From Candidatus Bruticola papionis (lineage in GTDB: Bacteria > Vulcanimicrobiota > Xenobia > Xenobiales > Xenobiaceae), in the NCBI GenBank assembly GCA_002407045.1, contig DHKB01000011.1:6906-70905 (forward strand): a stretch of DNA of 64,000 nt. The letters are read 5' to 3'. Under the pieces are notes generated by a model that did not search any database, had not been told where the DNA came from, and worked only from the letters and a program-made list of their open reading frames with translations. The position numbers and the translations under genes were made by a program. This document shows positions 48,902 through 55,801 of the stretch, one piece after another. Numbering within the stretch: position 1 is the first letter of the stretch; each line of letters opens with the position of its first letter.

Positions 48902-49213
48902 TTTTATCTGCTCCATTACCGAAGCCTGCTTCGCCTTAAAGCAGGCTAAATTCCTGATTATAAATGTCTTACATAGACAAAATATCTTCAGGCGTGACAT
49001 GCTCCTTAAGCTCAGCAAAATTTGCTTAACTTAAGGCTTCTGAGATATTGACGAACCGCGCCTCCAAAACTTGAAAGCACAAGCTCTCTCTTAGTAGGTG
49101 ATGTCCCACCTACATGCTGCTCAGCTTCGGCACTCCACTGTATGTAACTATACAAAGAAACACGCCGAGGCCAAGTAACATTTTACATAATCCCTCCCTC
49201 CCCTTTCTCCTAG

Positions 49214-49256
49214 ATATTAGCAGTCAATTAGGCAAAAATATTCCTTTTTTGTGAAC
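49214..49256 (-). promoter_or_regulatory. Degenerate copy of the conserved upstream element, about 310 nt upstream of paralog 1
   Basis: ATATTAGCAGTCAATTAGGCAAAAATATTCCTTTTTTGTGAAC aligns with the elements at 51732, 53042 and 54474. Confidence 0.35.
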
Positions 49257-49271
49257 TTTTAGTTAACGTAT

Positions 49272-49315
49272 AAAAAAAATGAGCCGTCTGCTGCAAAATA
49301 TTTTTACAGCGCGGC
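49272..49315 (-). terminator. Terminator of nuclease paralog 2
   Basis: GCCGTCTGCTG (49283-49293) pairs with CAGCGCGGC (49307-49315) with a 2-nt bulge, followed on the minus strand by a T8 run. Confidence 0.6.
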
Positions 49316-49355
49316 CCAACTATATTTACCTAATATCTAGCCGAAATTGAGCATT

Positions 49356-50447
49356 TTAGCTGAGTTTAGGAGCGTAATTGTTGTCAGCGCTTAAGCACAT
49401 AGCGGTTGTGGTAATATCGCCGATATTGCCAAAGTGCAAATCGGTAAGGCGCTCGACTTCTTTCTGCGGCACTTGGTAAATTTTAAATTCACCGGGATCG
49501 AAGCCTTTGCCCTTATTCTTCTTAGCTTTAAAAAGAGAACCGTCGTTATTGATAATATCTTCCTGTGAGAGAATAAAGGAAGCACTCTTTAAAGTACCTT
49601 TTTCATTCCAAACTACAGTTTTGAAGAACTTCAAGGGAATTTGGGTAGCTTCTTTCATAGTCCCCTTGTTATCGAACTTAGGATCATCATCAGCGAAAAT
49701 AGGGCCAGTAATTACAGTCATTTTTTGACCGGAACCGCGAGCAGAATTTAAAACGTGATCTTCCAAACGCAGCCACTCTTTTTTATTGAGGCCGCCATGC
49801 TGTAAAGCAGAGTTGCAATAGCTGAAAGTATCTTCACTAGCCAATTTGGCATTTTGGCCCCAACATGGATCTAAGCGGCGCACCATATGGCCACGATCTA
49901 TGCCATTGCTATTATAAGCTTCATCGCCAAGCTGATATTGGCGAGGAATACGACCATCTAAAGTCCAGGCACCTTCACGTTTTACGCTGCGAGAAGCTCT
50001 GCCATCAATATTGCAAATGGCATAGAAGCATTGCTTGCGCTCTTTATTCATTACTACTGAATAGTTGGTGTAAGTAAGCTCACACTCACCGGGTTTGTCA
50101 GTGCGCATGGCTACTTTATTTTGAATAGAAGAGCCTAAGCCGGGCAAAGGAAGTTCTACGCCCAAGAAGGACTTGTCGTAACCATTACGCCCTTCAAACA
50201 TGCTAACCGGCTCACCTTGCACAGAAACCAAAGAAGAAGCCGAATTGGTTTGTTGAGCTTCGCGGCCGCAGCTCTGGAAAAGACGACCGGCCTTAGCGAA
50301 CTCTTGCTCTTTAGCAAATTGAGCGCTTTCGTCACGAACGAAAACATCCTTACCTGTACCCTGAAAACCTTCAGGACGGCTGATGCTATTCTCAGAAACC
50401 TGAGTGTTAATATACAAAGAATTGCCGGAAATGCTACCTATTCCCAC
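49356..50447 (-). CDS. DNA/RNA non-specific endonuclease, paralog 2
   Basis: DRGHMVRRLDPCWG and NSALQHGGLNKKEWLRLED. The homologous start is GTG at 50445-50447 (GGAG-N9-GTG, as in the other paralogs). An in-frame ATG at 50462 is also possible. Confidence 0.85.
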   Translation of the reverse strand: MGIGSISGNSLYINTQVSENSISRPEGFQGTGKDVFVRDESAQFAKEQEFAKAGRLFQSCGREAQQTNSASSLVSVQGEPVSMFEGRNGYDKSFLGVELPLPGLGSSIQNKVAMRTDKPGECELTYTNYSVVMNKERKQCFYAICNIDGRASRSVKREGAWTLDGRIPRQYQLGDEAYNSNGIDRGHMVRRLDPCWGQNAKLASEDTFSYCNSALQHGGLNKKEWLRLEDHVLNSARGSGQKMTVITGPIFADDDPKFDNKGTMKEATQIPLKFFKTVVWNEKGTLKSASFILSQEDIINNDGSLFKAKKNKGKGFDPGEFKIYQVPQKEVERLTDLHFGNIGDITTTAMCLSADNNYAPKLS

Positions 50448-50513
50448 TGAAAATGGCTCCATAATCGTTCTCCCCTCCCTTTAATATTTATTACAAAAAA
50501 AGTCTCCACTTTT

Positions 50514-50547
50514 AGAAAAAGCTGCTCGACTCACAAAATCGAGCAGC
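50514..50547 (-). terminator. Terminator of nuclease paralog 3
   Basis: GCTGCTCGA (50521-50529) pairs perfectly with TCGAGCAGC (50539-50547), followed on the minus strand by TTTTTCT. Confidence 0.8.
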
Positions 50548-50571
50548 TTTCTACTTAGCTAAGACAAAATG

Positions 50572-51681
50572 CTAGCTTAACTTAGGAGCGTAATCGTTCT
50601 CAGCGGTCAAGCGCATAGGCTTTTCGGTGATGTCACCAATATTGCCAAAGTGCAAATCGGTCATTTGCTCGAGCTGCTTCTGAGGCACCTGGTATACGCT
50701 GAAGCGGCCAGGATCGACGCCCTTGCTCTTGAAGAGGGAGCGATCTTTATTGATGATGTCTTCCTGGGAAAGTACGAAAGAGGCGCTCTTGAGCTTACCG
50801 CCATCGTTCCAGACCACAGTCTTGAAGAACTTCATAGGGATCTGGGTAGCTTCTTTCATTCTGCCCTTGTTGTCAAACTTAGGATCGTTCTCAGAGAAGA
50901 TCGGGCCAGTAATTACGGTAAGCTTCTGTTTCTCTTTACCAGTAGTGGCGCTGTCCAAAACGTGGTTCTCTAAGCAGAGCCATTCTTTCTGGTTCAAACC
51001 ACCGTGTTGCAAGGTGGCATTGCAATAGCTGAAAGTATCACGGCTGGCGCGTAAAGGATCGTCGCCCCAGCAAGGATCTAAGCGGCGCACCATGTGGCCC
51101 TTATCGATATTGTTGCCGCCATAAGCTTCGTTGCCCAACTGATATTCACGAGGGATACGACCGTCGATAGTCCAGTTGCCATCACGCTTTACTTTTTGGT
51201 GGCTGTTGCCGTCGATATTGCAAATAGCGTAGAAACACTGTTTGCGCTCTTTATTCATTACTACGGAGTAGTTGGTATAAGTGAGCTCGCTCTTACCAGG
51301 CTCATCGGTACGCATAGCCACTTTATCTTTAATAGAATCGCCCAAACCAGGCAAAGGAAGCTCTACGCCTAAGAAAGACTTGTCGTAGCCATTGCGGCCT
51401 TCAAACATGTTGACGCTCTCGATATCGACGCCGGAAGCGGCAGACATGATGTTGGTTTGCTGAGTCTCTTCAGGATTGGCTTGAGGCTGAGCCTCGCGCT
51501 GACAGCTTTGGAAAAGGCGACCGGCCTTAGCAAAATCCTGCTCTTTGACAAACTGAGCGTTATCATCGTGTACAAATACGTCTTTGCCAGTACCCTGGAA
51601 ACCTTCAGGACGACGAATAGAGCTCTCAGAGATTTGAGTGTTAGTATATAAAGAACTACCAGAAATACTTCCGATACCCAT
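50572..51681 (-). CDS. DNA/RNA non-specific endonuclease, paralog 3
   Basis: DKGHMVRRLDPCWG and NATLQHGGLNQKEWLCLEN. ATG at 51679-51681 (MGIGSIS). The track begins at a TTG 9 nt upstream. Confidence 0.88.
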   Translation of the reverse strand: MGIGSISGSSLYTNTQISESSIRRPEGFQGTGKDVFVHDDNAQFVKEQDFAKAGRLFQSCQREAQPQANPEETQQTNIMSAASGVDIESVNMFEGRNGYDKSFLGVELPLPGLGDSIKDKVAMRTDEPGKSELTYTNYSVVMNKERKQCFYAICNIDGNSHQKVKRDGNWTIDGRIPREYQLGNEAYGGNNIDKGHMVRRLDPCWGDDPLRASRDTFSYCNATLQHGGLNQKEWLCLENHVLDSATTGKEKQKLTVITGPIFSENDPKFDNKGRMKEATQIPMKFFKTVVWNDGGKLKSASFVLSQEDIINKDRSLFKSKGVDPGRFSVYQVPQKQLEQMTDLHFGNIGDITEKPMRLTAENDYAPKLS

Positions 51682-51731
51682 TGTGAACAACCCCTAGTTT
51701 TCTCCCCACCCCAGACCTTGTTTACCAGTAA

Positions 51732-51776
51732 ATACTACAGAATTTAAAATAGTATTTGTGCACAAAATTGTAACAA
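51732..51776 (-). promoter_or_regulatory. Conserved ~45-nt upstream element (putative promoter) of paralog 3
   Basis: Minus strand: TTGTTACAATTTTGTGCACAAATACTATTTTAAATTCTGTAGTAT. The TTGTTACA and TAGTAT boxes are shared with the elements at 53042, 54474 and 55714. Confidence 0.45.
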
Positions 51777-51843
51777 GCTAGTCAAATTTCCATTTAAAAC
51801 AGTATTTTTCAAGGTTGACGCTTCTACTTAAGTACTAATTTAT

Positions 51844-51885
51844 AAAAAAAGCGCCTTGCTCTTATTCATTTGAGAGCAAAAACGC
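51844..51885 (-). terminator. Terminator of nuclease paralog 4
   Basis: TTGCTCT (51856-51862) pairs with AGAGCAA (51873-51879) plus outer GCG/CGC pairs, followed on the minus strand by a T7 run. Confidence 0.7.
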
Positions 51886-51908
51886 TTTTCCTCTAGACAC
51901 TCAATAAG

Positions 51909-52991
51909 CTACTTATCTAAGCCCACAGGAGCATAATTATTTTCTGCAGTCAGACGCACGGCTTTTTTGCAAGTATCGCCTATATTGCCAAAATGCAAAT
52001 CGGTAAGACGCTCGACCTCTTTTTGAGGTACTTGATAGACCTCGAAGCGATCGGGCTCGAAGCCGCCCTTAAGCTTAATAGTGTCATCTCCCTTAATAAT
52101 ATCTTCTTGGGACAAGATGAAAGAAGCGCTCTTTAAATTGCCAGTTTTTTCGTCAGCCCAAACGACGGTTTTAAAGAATTTCATAGGAATCTGGGCCGGT
52201 TCTTTCATTTTGCCATTGTTATCAAACCAAGGATCGTTCTCGGAGAAGATAGGGCCAGTAATCACACTCATCTTCTGACCGTTAGCAGAATTAAGCACAT
52301 GATCTTCTAAAGCGAGCCATTCGTCTTGGTTTAAACCGCCATGTTGTAAAGAAGCGTTGCAATAGCTGAAAGTGTCGCGGCTAGCTAATTCGGCATTACT
52401 ACCCCAGCAAGGGTCTAAACGGCGTACCATGTGACCTTTGTCGATATTGTTACGCTTGTAAGCTTCGTCGCCCAACTGGTATTCACGAGGAATACGTCCA
52501 TCTAAAGTCCAGTTGCCGGAACGCTTGACGGCGCGCTGGCTGTTGCCGTCAATATTGCAAATAGCGTAGAAGCACTGCTTGCGATCTTTATTCATTACTA
52601 CAGAGTAGTTGGTGTAAGTAAGCTCACATTCGCCAGGCTTATCGGTACGCATGGCCACTTTGTCTTTAATAGAAGCGCCTAATTGAGGTAAAGGAAGCTC
52701 GGTACCTAAGAAGTTTTTGTCATAGCCATTGCGGCCGTTGAACATGCTGACTTTGTCACCTTGAATTGTAACTACGCCAGAAGTGGAATCGGCTTGTTGA
52801 GATTCGCGATTTACACTTTGGAAAAGACGACCAGCTTTAGCAAAATCCTGGTCTTTAACAAACTGAGCATTGTCATCATGTACAAATACATCTTTGCCAG
52901 TGCCCTGGAAACCTTCAGGGCGGCTGATAGAACTCTCGGGAACTTGATTATTTATATATAAAGAGTTGCCAGAAATACTTCCGATACCCAC
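51909..52991 (-). CDS. DNA/RNA non-specific endonuclease, paralog 4
   Basis: DKGHMVRRLDPCWG and NASLQHGGLNQDEWLALED. GTG start (GGAG-N9-GTG). Confidence 0.88.
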   Translation of the reverse strand: MGIGSISGNSLYINNQVPESSISRPEGFQGTGKDVFVHDDNAQFVKDQDFAKAGRLFQSVNRESQQADSTSGVVTIQGDKVSMFNGRNGYDKNFLGTELPLPQLGASIKDKVAMRTDKPGECELTYTNYSVVMNKDRKQCFYAICNIDGNSQRAVKRSGNWTLDGRIPREYQLGDEAYKRNNIDKGHMVRRLDPCWGSNAELASRDTFSYCNASLQHGGLNQDEWLALEDHVLNSANGQKMSVITGPIFSENDPWFDNNGKMKEPAQIPMKFFKTVVWADEKTGNLKSASFILSQEDIIKGDDTIKLKGGFEPDRFEVYQVPQKEVERLTDLHFGNIGDTCKKAVRLTAENNYAPVGLDK

Positions 52992-53041
52992 AGTAGACTA
53001 CTCCGTTTTTCTCCCCACCCCAAAACAATCTAACTCAATAG

Positions 53042-53086
53042 ATACTACACAATTTAAATGGCTGGTTAGGCACAAAAATGTAACAA
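53042..53086 (-). promoter_or_regulatory. Conserved upstream element of paralog 4
   Basis: Minus strand: TTGTTACATTTTTGTGCCTAACCAGCCATTTAAATTGTGTAGTAT. Confidence 0.45.
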
Positions 53087-53100
53087 AATTGACCGAAAAG

Positions 53101-53143
53101 AAAATAAAAGCGCTCCGGCCCACAAATTAAAAGCCGAAGCGCT
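53101..53143 (-). terminator. Terminator of nuclease paralog 5
   Basis: AGCGCTCCGGC (53109-53119) pairs with GCCGAAGCGCT (53133-53143) with one mismatch, followed on the minus strand by TTTTATTTT. Confidence 0.75.
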
Positions 53144-53190
53144 TTTTAAGTGTATCAGTTGCTATGCAACTTCACACTAAACAAGAATTA

Positions 53191-54324
53191 TTAGGACAAC
53201 TTGGGAGCGTAATCGTTCTCAGCGGTCAGACGCATAGGCTGCTCGGTGATGTCGCCAATATTACCAAAGTGGAGGTCGGTAAGACGCTCTACTTCTTTCT
53301 GAGGCACCTGGTAAACTTCGAAGCGATCGGGATCGAAGCCACCTTTAGCGCCCAAGGAACCGTCGCCATCGATAATGTCTTCCTGAGAAAGGATGAAGGA
53401 AGCGCTCTTGAGCTCTTTGCCTTCGGTCCAGACCACGGTCTTGAAGAATTTCATAGGAATCTGGGCCGGCTCCTTCATCTTGCCATGGTTATCGAAGGAA
53501 GGATCATCTTTGGAGAAGATGGGGCCGGTAATGACGGTCATCTTCTGACCTTTGGCAGAATTGAGAACGTGATCCTCAAGCTGGAGCCACTCTTTCTGGT
53601 TCAAGCCAGCGTGCTGCAAGGAAGAGTTGCAATAGCTAAAGGTGTCGTGACTAGCCAAGTCGGCGTTTTTGCCCCAACAAGGATCTAAGCGGCGAACCAT
53701 ATGACCTCTGTCGATACTGTTATCGACATAGGCTTCGTTGCCGAGCTGATATTCACGAGGAATACGACCATCTAAGGTCCAGCTGCCGGAACGTTTTACA
53801 GCGCGGTGAGTAGTACCATCGATATTGCAAATGGCATAGAAGCACTGCTTGCGCTCTTTGTTCATTACTACGGAGTAGTTGGTGTAAGTAAGCTCACACT
53901 CACCGGGCTTGTCGGTACGCATGGCCACTTTGTCTTTAATGGAGCTACCGAGCTGAGGTAAAGGAAGTTCGGTACCCAAGAAGGCTTTGTCGTAGCCATT
54001 GCGGCCTTCGAACATGCTTACACCGTCGGGCTTAACTTCACGGGGACCTTTAGGACCACGAGGGCCTCTGGGGCCGTTGGGACCTTGAGCACCGTCATTT
54101 CTGCGGCGGTTCTTTCTCCTGGTGATTTCGAAACTGTTGTCGTTTACGCTCTGGAAGAGGCGGCCAGCTTTAGCAAACTGCTGCTCTTTGGTGAGCTGAG
54201 CGTCGTCGTCATGGACGAATACGTCTTTGCCAGTGCCCTGGAAACCTTCAGGACGTTTGATAGAGCTCTCAGAAACCTGAGTGTTAGTATATAAAGAATT
54301 ACCAGAAATGCTTCCGATACCCAT
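53191..54324 (-). CDS. DNA/RNA non-specific endonuclease, paralog 5, with an Arg-rich and Gly-Pro-X linker insertion
   Basis: DRGHMVRRLDPCWG and NSSLQHAGLNQKEWLQLED. ATG at 54322-54324. Confidence 0.9.
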   Translation of the reverse strand: MGIGSISGNSLYTNTQVSESSIKRPEGFQGTGKDVFVHDDDAQLTKEQQFAKAGRLFQSVNDNSFEITRRKNRRRNDGAQGPNGPRGPRGPKGPREVKPDGVSMFEGRNGYDKAFLGTELPLPQLGSSIKDKVAMRTDKPGECELTYTNYSVVMNKERKQCFYAICNIDGTTHRAVKRSGSWTLDGRIPREYQLGNEAYVDNSIDRGHMVRRLDPCWGKNADLASHDTFSYCNSSLQHAGLNQKEWLQLEDHVLNSAKGQKMTVITGPIFSKDDPSFDNHGKMKEPAQIPMKFFKTVVWTEGKELKSASFILSQEDIIDGDGSLGAKGGFDPDRFEVYQVPQKEVERLTDLHFGNIGDITEQPMRLTAENDYAPKLS

Positions 54325-54473
54325 GTTTTACAATTCCTATCCCTTTAACTAGGCTTTGCAGAAAACTTTAGCAGTTACAAAAACTGACAAAATTTTCAAC
54401 GAATCGAGACAAGCCAGCTCTTATCCAAAATGCAGACAACAGATACGCTTGCTCAAAGACATTAACTAAACTG

Positions 54474-54518
54474 ATACTACAGAATTTAAAAGTCTAATTA
54501 GGCAAAAAATTGTTACAA
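54474..54518 (-). promoter_or_regulatory. Conserved upstream element of paralog 5 (leader about 150 nt)
   Basis: Minus strand: TTGTAACAATTTTTTGCCTAATTAGACTTTTAAATTCTGTAGTAT. Confidence 0.45.
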
Positions 54519-54537
54519 CTTAGCCAAAAAACTTTTT

Positions 54538-54579
54538 AAAAATAAAATGCGCTTCAAAACCAAAGCCTTTGAAGCGCAT
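54538..54579 (-). terminator. Terminator of nuclease paralog 6
   Basis: ATGCGCTTCAAA (54547-54558) pairs perfectly with TTTGAAGCGCAT (54568-54579), followed on the minus strand by TTTTATTTTT. Confidence 0.8.
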
Positions 54580-54611
54580 TCAACTCGCTATTTTATGTAT
54601 AAAAAGCTAAT

Positions 54612-55667
54612 TTATTTTAACTTGGGAGCGTAGTCGTTCTCAGCGGTCAAGCGCATAGGCTTCTCGGTAATGTCGCCGATATTGCCAAAGTGCAAGTCGG
54701 TGAGACGCTCGACTTCCTTCTGAGGCACCTGGTAAACTTCGAAGCGATCGGGATCGAAGCCGCCCTTAATACCCAAGGAACTATCGTTGTTGATGATATC
54801 TTCTTGAGAGAGGATGAAGGAAGCACTCTTGAGCTCTTTGCCATCATTCCAGACTACGGTCTTGAAGAATTTCATGGGGATCTGAGTAGGCTCATCCATC
54901 AAACCGTTGTTGTCGAACTTCGGATCGTCTTTGGAGAAGATGGGGCCGGTAATAACGGTCATTTTTTGGCCTTTAGCAGAACCGAGCACGTGGTCTTCAA
55001 GTTTGAGCCATTCTTTCTGGTTCAAGCCACCATGTTGCAAAGCGGCGTTGCAATAAGTGAAAGTGTCACGGCTGGCCAATTCGGGATCCTTACCCCAGCA
55101 AGGATCTAAACGGCGCACCATATGGCCCTTGTCAATATCGTTATCTTTGTAGGCTTCGTTGCCCAGCTGATACTCGCGAGGGATACGTCCATCGATAGAC
55201 CAGCTGCCGGAGCGTCTGACATTGCGATGGCTAGTGCCGTCAATATTGCAAATAGCGTAGAAGCACTGCTTGCGCTCTTTGTTCATAACGACAGAGAAGT
55301 TGGTATAGGTGAGTTCGCTCTCACCAGGCTTGTCAGTGCGCATAGCGACTTTGTCTTTAATGGAAGAACCGAGCTTAGGCAAAGGAAGTTCGGTGCCCAA
55401 GAATTTTTCGTCGTAACCATTGCGACCTTCGTACATGTTGACGCCTTCGATTTCGATTTCGGAAGCGGCGTTGACATGGCCAGCCTGAGTGCTCTGGAAG
55501 AGACGACCGGCTTTAGCGAATTGCTGTTCTTTGGTAAACTGAGAGCTTTCGTCGCGAACGAAGACATCTTTGCTAGTGCCTTGGAAACCTTCGGGACGCT
55601 TGACGTCGCTCTGCTGGATATTATTAAAGGCAGTAAAAGAACTGCTGGATATGCTACCTAAACCCAT
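54612..55667 (-). CDS. DNA/RNA non-specific endonuclease, paralog 6
   Basis: DKGHMVRRLDPCWG and NAALQHGGLNQKEWLKLED. ATG at 55665-55667. Confidence 0.9.
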   Translation of the reverse strand: MGLGSISSSSFTAFNNIQQSDVKRPEGFQGTSKDVFVRDESSQFTKEQQFAKAGRLFQSTQAGHVNAASEIEIEGVNMYEGRNGYDEKFLGTELPLPKLGSSIKDKVAMRTDKPGESELTYTNFSVVMNKERKQCFYAICNIDGTSHRNVRRSGSWSIDGRIPREYQLGNEAYKDNDIDKGHMVRRLDPCWGKDPELASRDTFTYCNAALQHGGLNQKEWLKLEDHVLGSAKGQKMTVITGPIFSKDDPKFDNNGLMDEPTQIPMKFFKTVVWNDGKELKSASFILSQEDIINNDSSLGIKGGFDPDRFEVYQVPQKEVERLTDLHFGNIGDITEKPMRLTAENDYAPKLK

Positions 55668-55713
55668 TTAGTTAAACCAACCTAGTTTTAGACATATTTC
55701 CCCCTTGCAGCTA

Positions 55714-55769
55714 TACTACACAATAAAAAGTATTTATTGTACAGAAACTACTTACAAAAATGTTAACAT
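55714..55769 (-). promoter_or_regulatory. Conserved upstream element of paralog 6 (about 10 nt longer)
   Basis: Minus strand: TGTTAACATTTTTGTAAGTAGTTTCTGTACAATAAATACTTTTTATTGTGTAGTAT. Confidence 0.4.
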
Positions 55770-55801
55770 GAGCCCAGAATCCTTTAAAATTAACTGTCCA
55801 T

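Larger units (their letters stand above)
47720..55769 (-). repeat. Tandem array of six ~1.2-1.5 kb paralogous units (upstream element, nuclease gene, terminator)
   Basis: The six ORFs align over their whole length. By eye the nucleotide similarity is high (for example, the 3' ends of the units at 50572, 53191 and 54612 align almost base for base). Confidence 0.9.

Noticed and set aside
48902-49018. N-terminal extension of nuclease paralog 1 (MLSLRSMSRLKIF...)
   Set aside because: The extension has no counterpart in the other five paralogs. The homologous MGINSIS start has the same GGAG-N9-start arrangement as the others.
53164-53688. Long plus-strand ORFs inside the nuclease genes (also 50650-50973, 50723-51028, 54690-55109, 55122-55661)
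   Set aside because: These are mirror-frame ORFs antisense to strongly supported nuclease genes. Their repetition only reflects the paralogy of the sense strand, and they have no RBS or recognisable domains.
47720-55769. Periodic ~1.3 kb repetition as a CRISPR array, IS cluster or prophage
   Set aside because: The repeat units are full-length protein-coding paralogs with their own terminators. There are no short direct repeats with spacers, no transposase or integrase, and no terminal inverted repeats.
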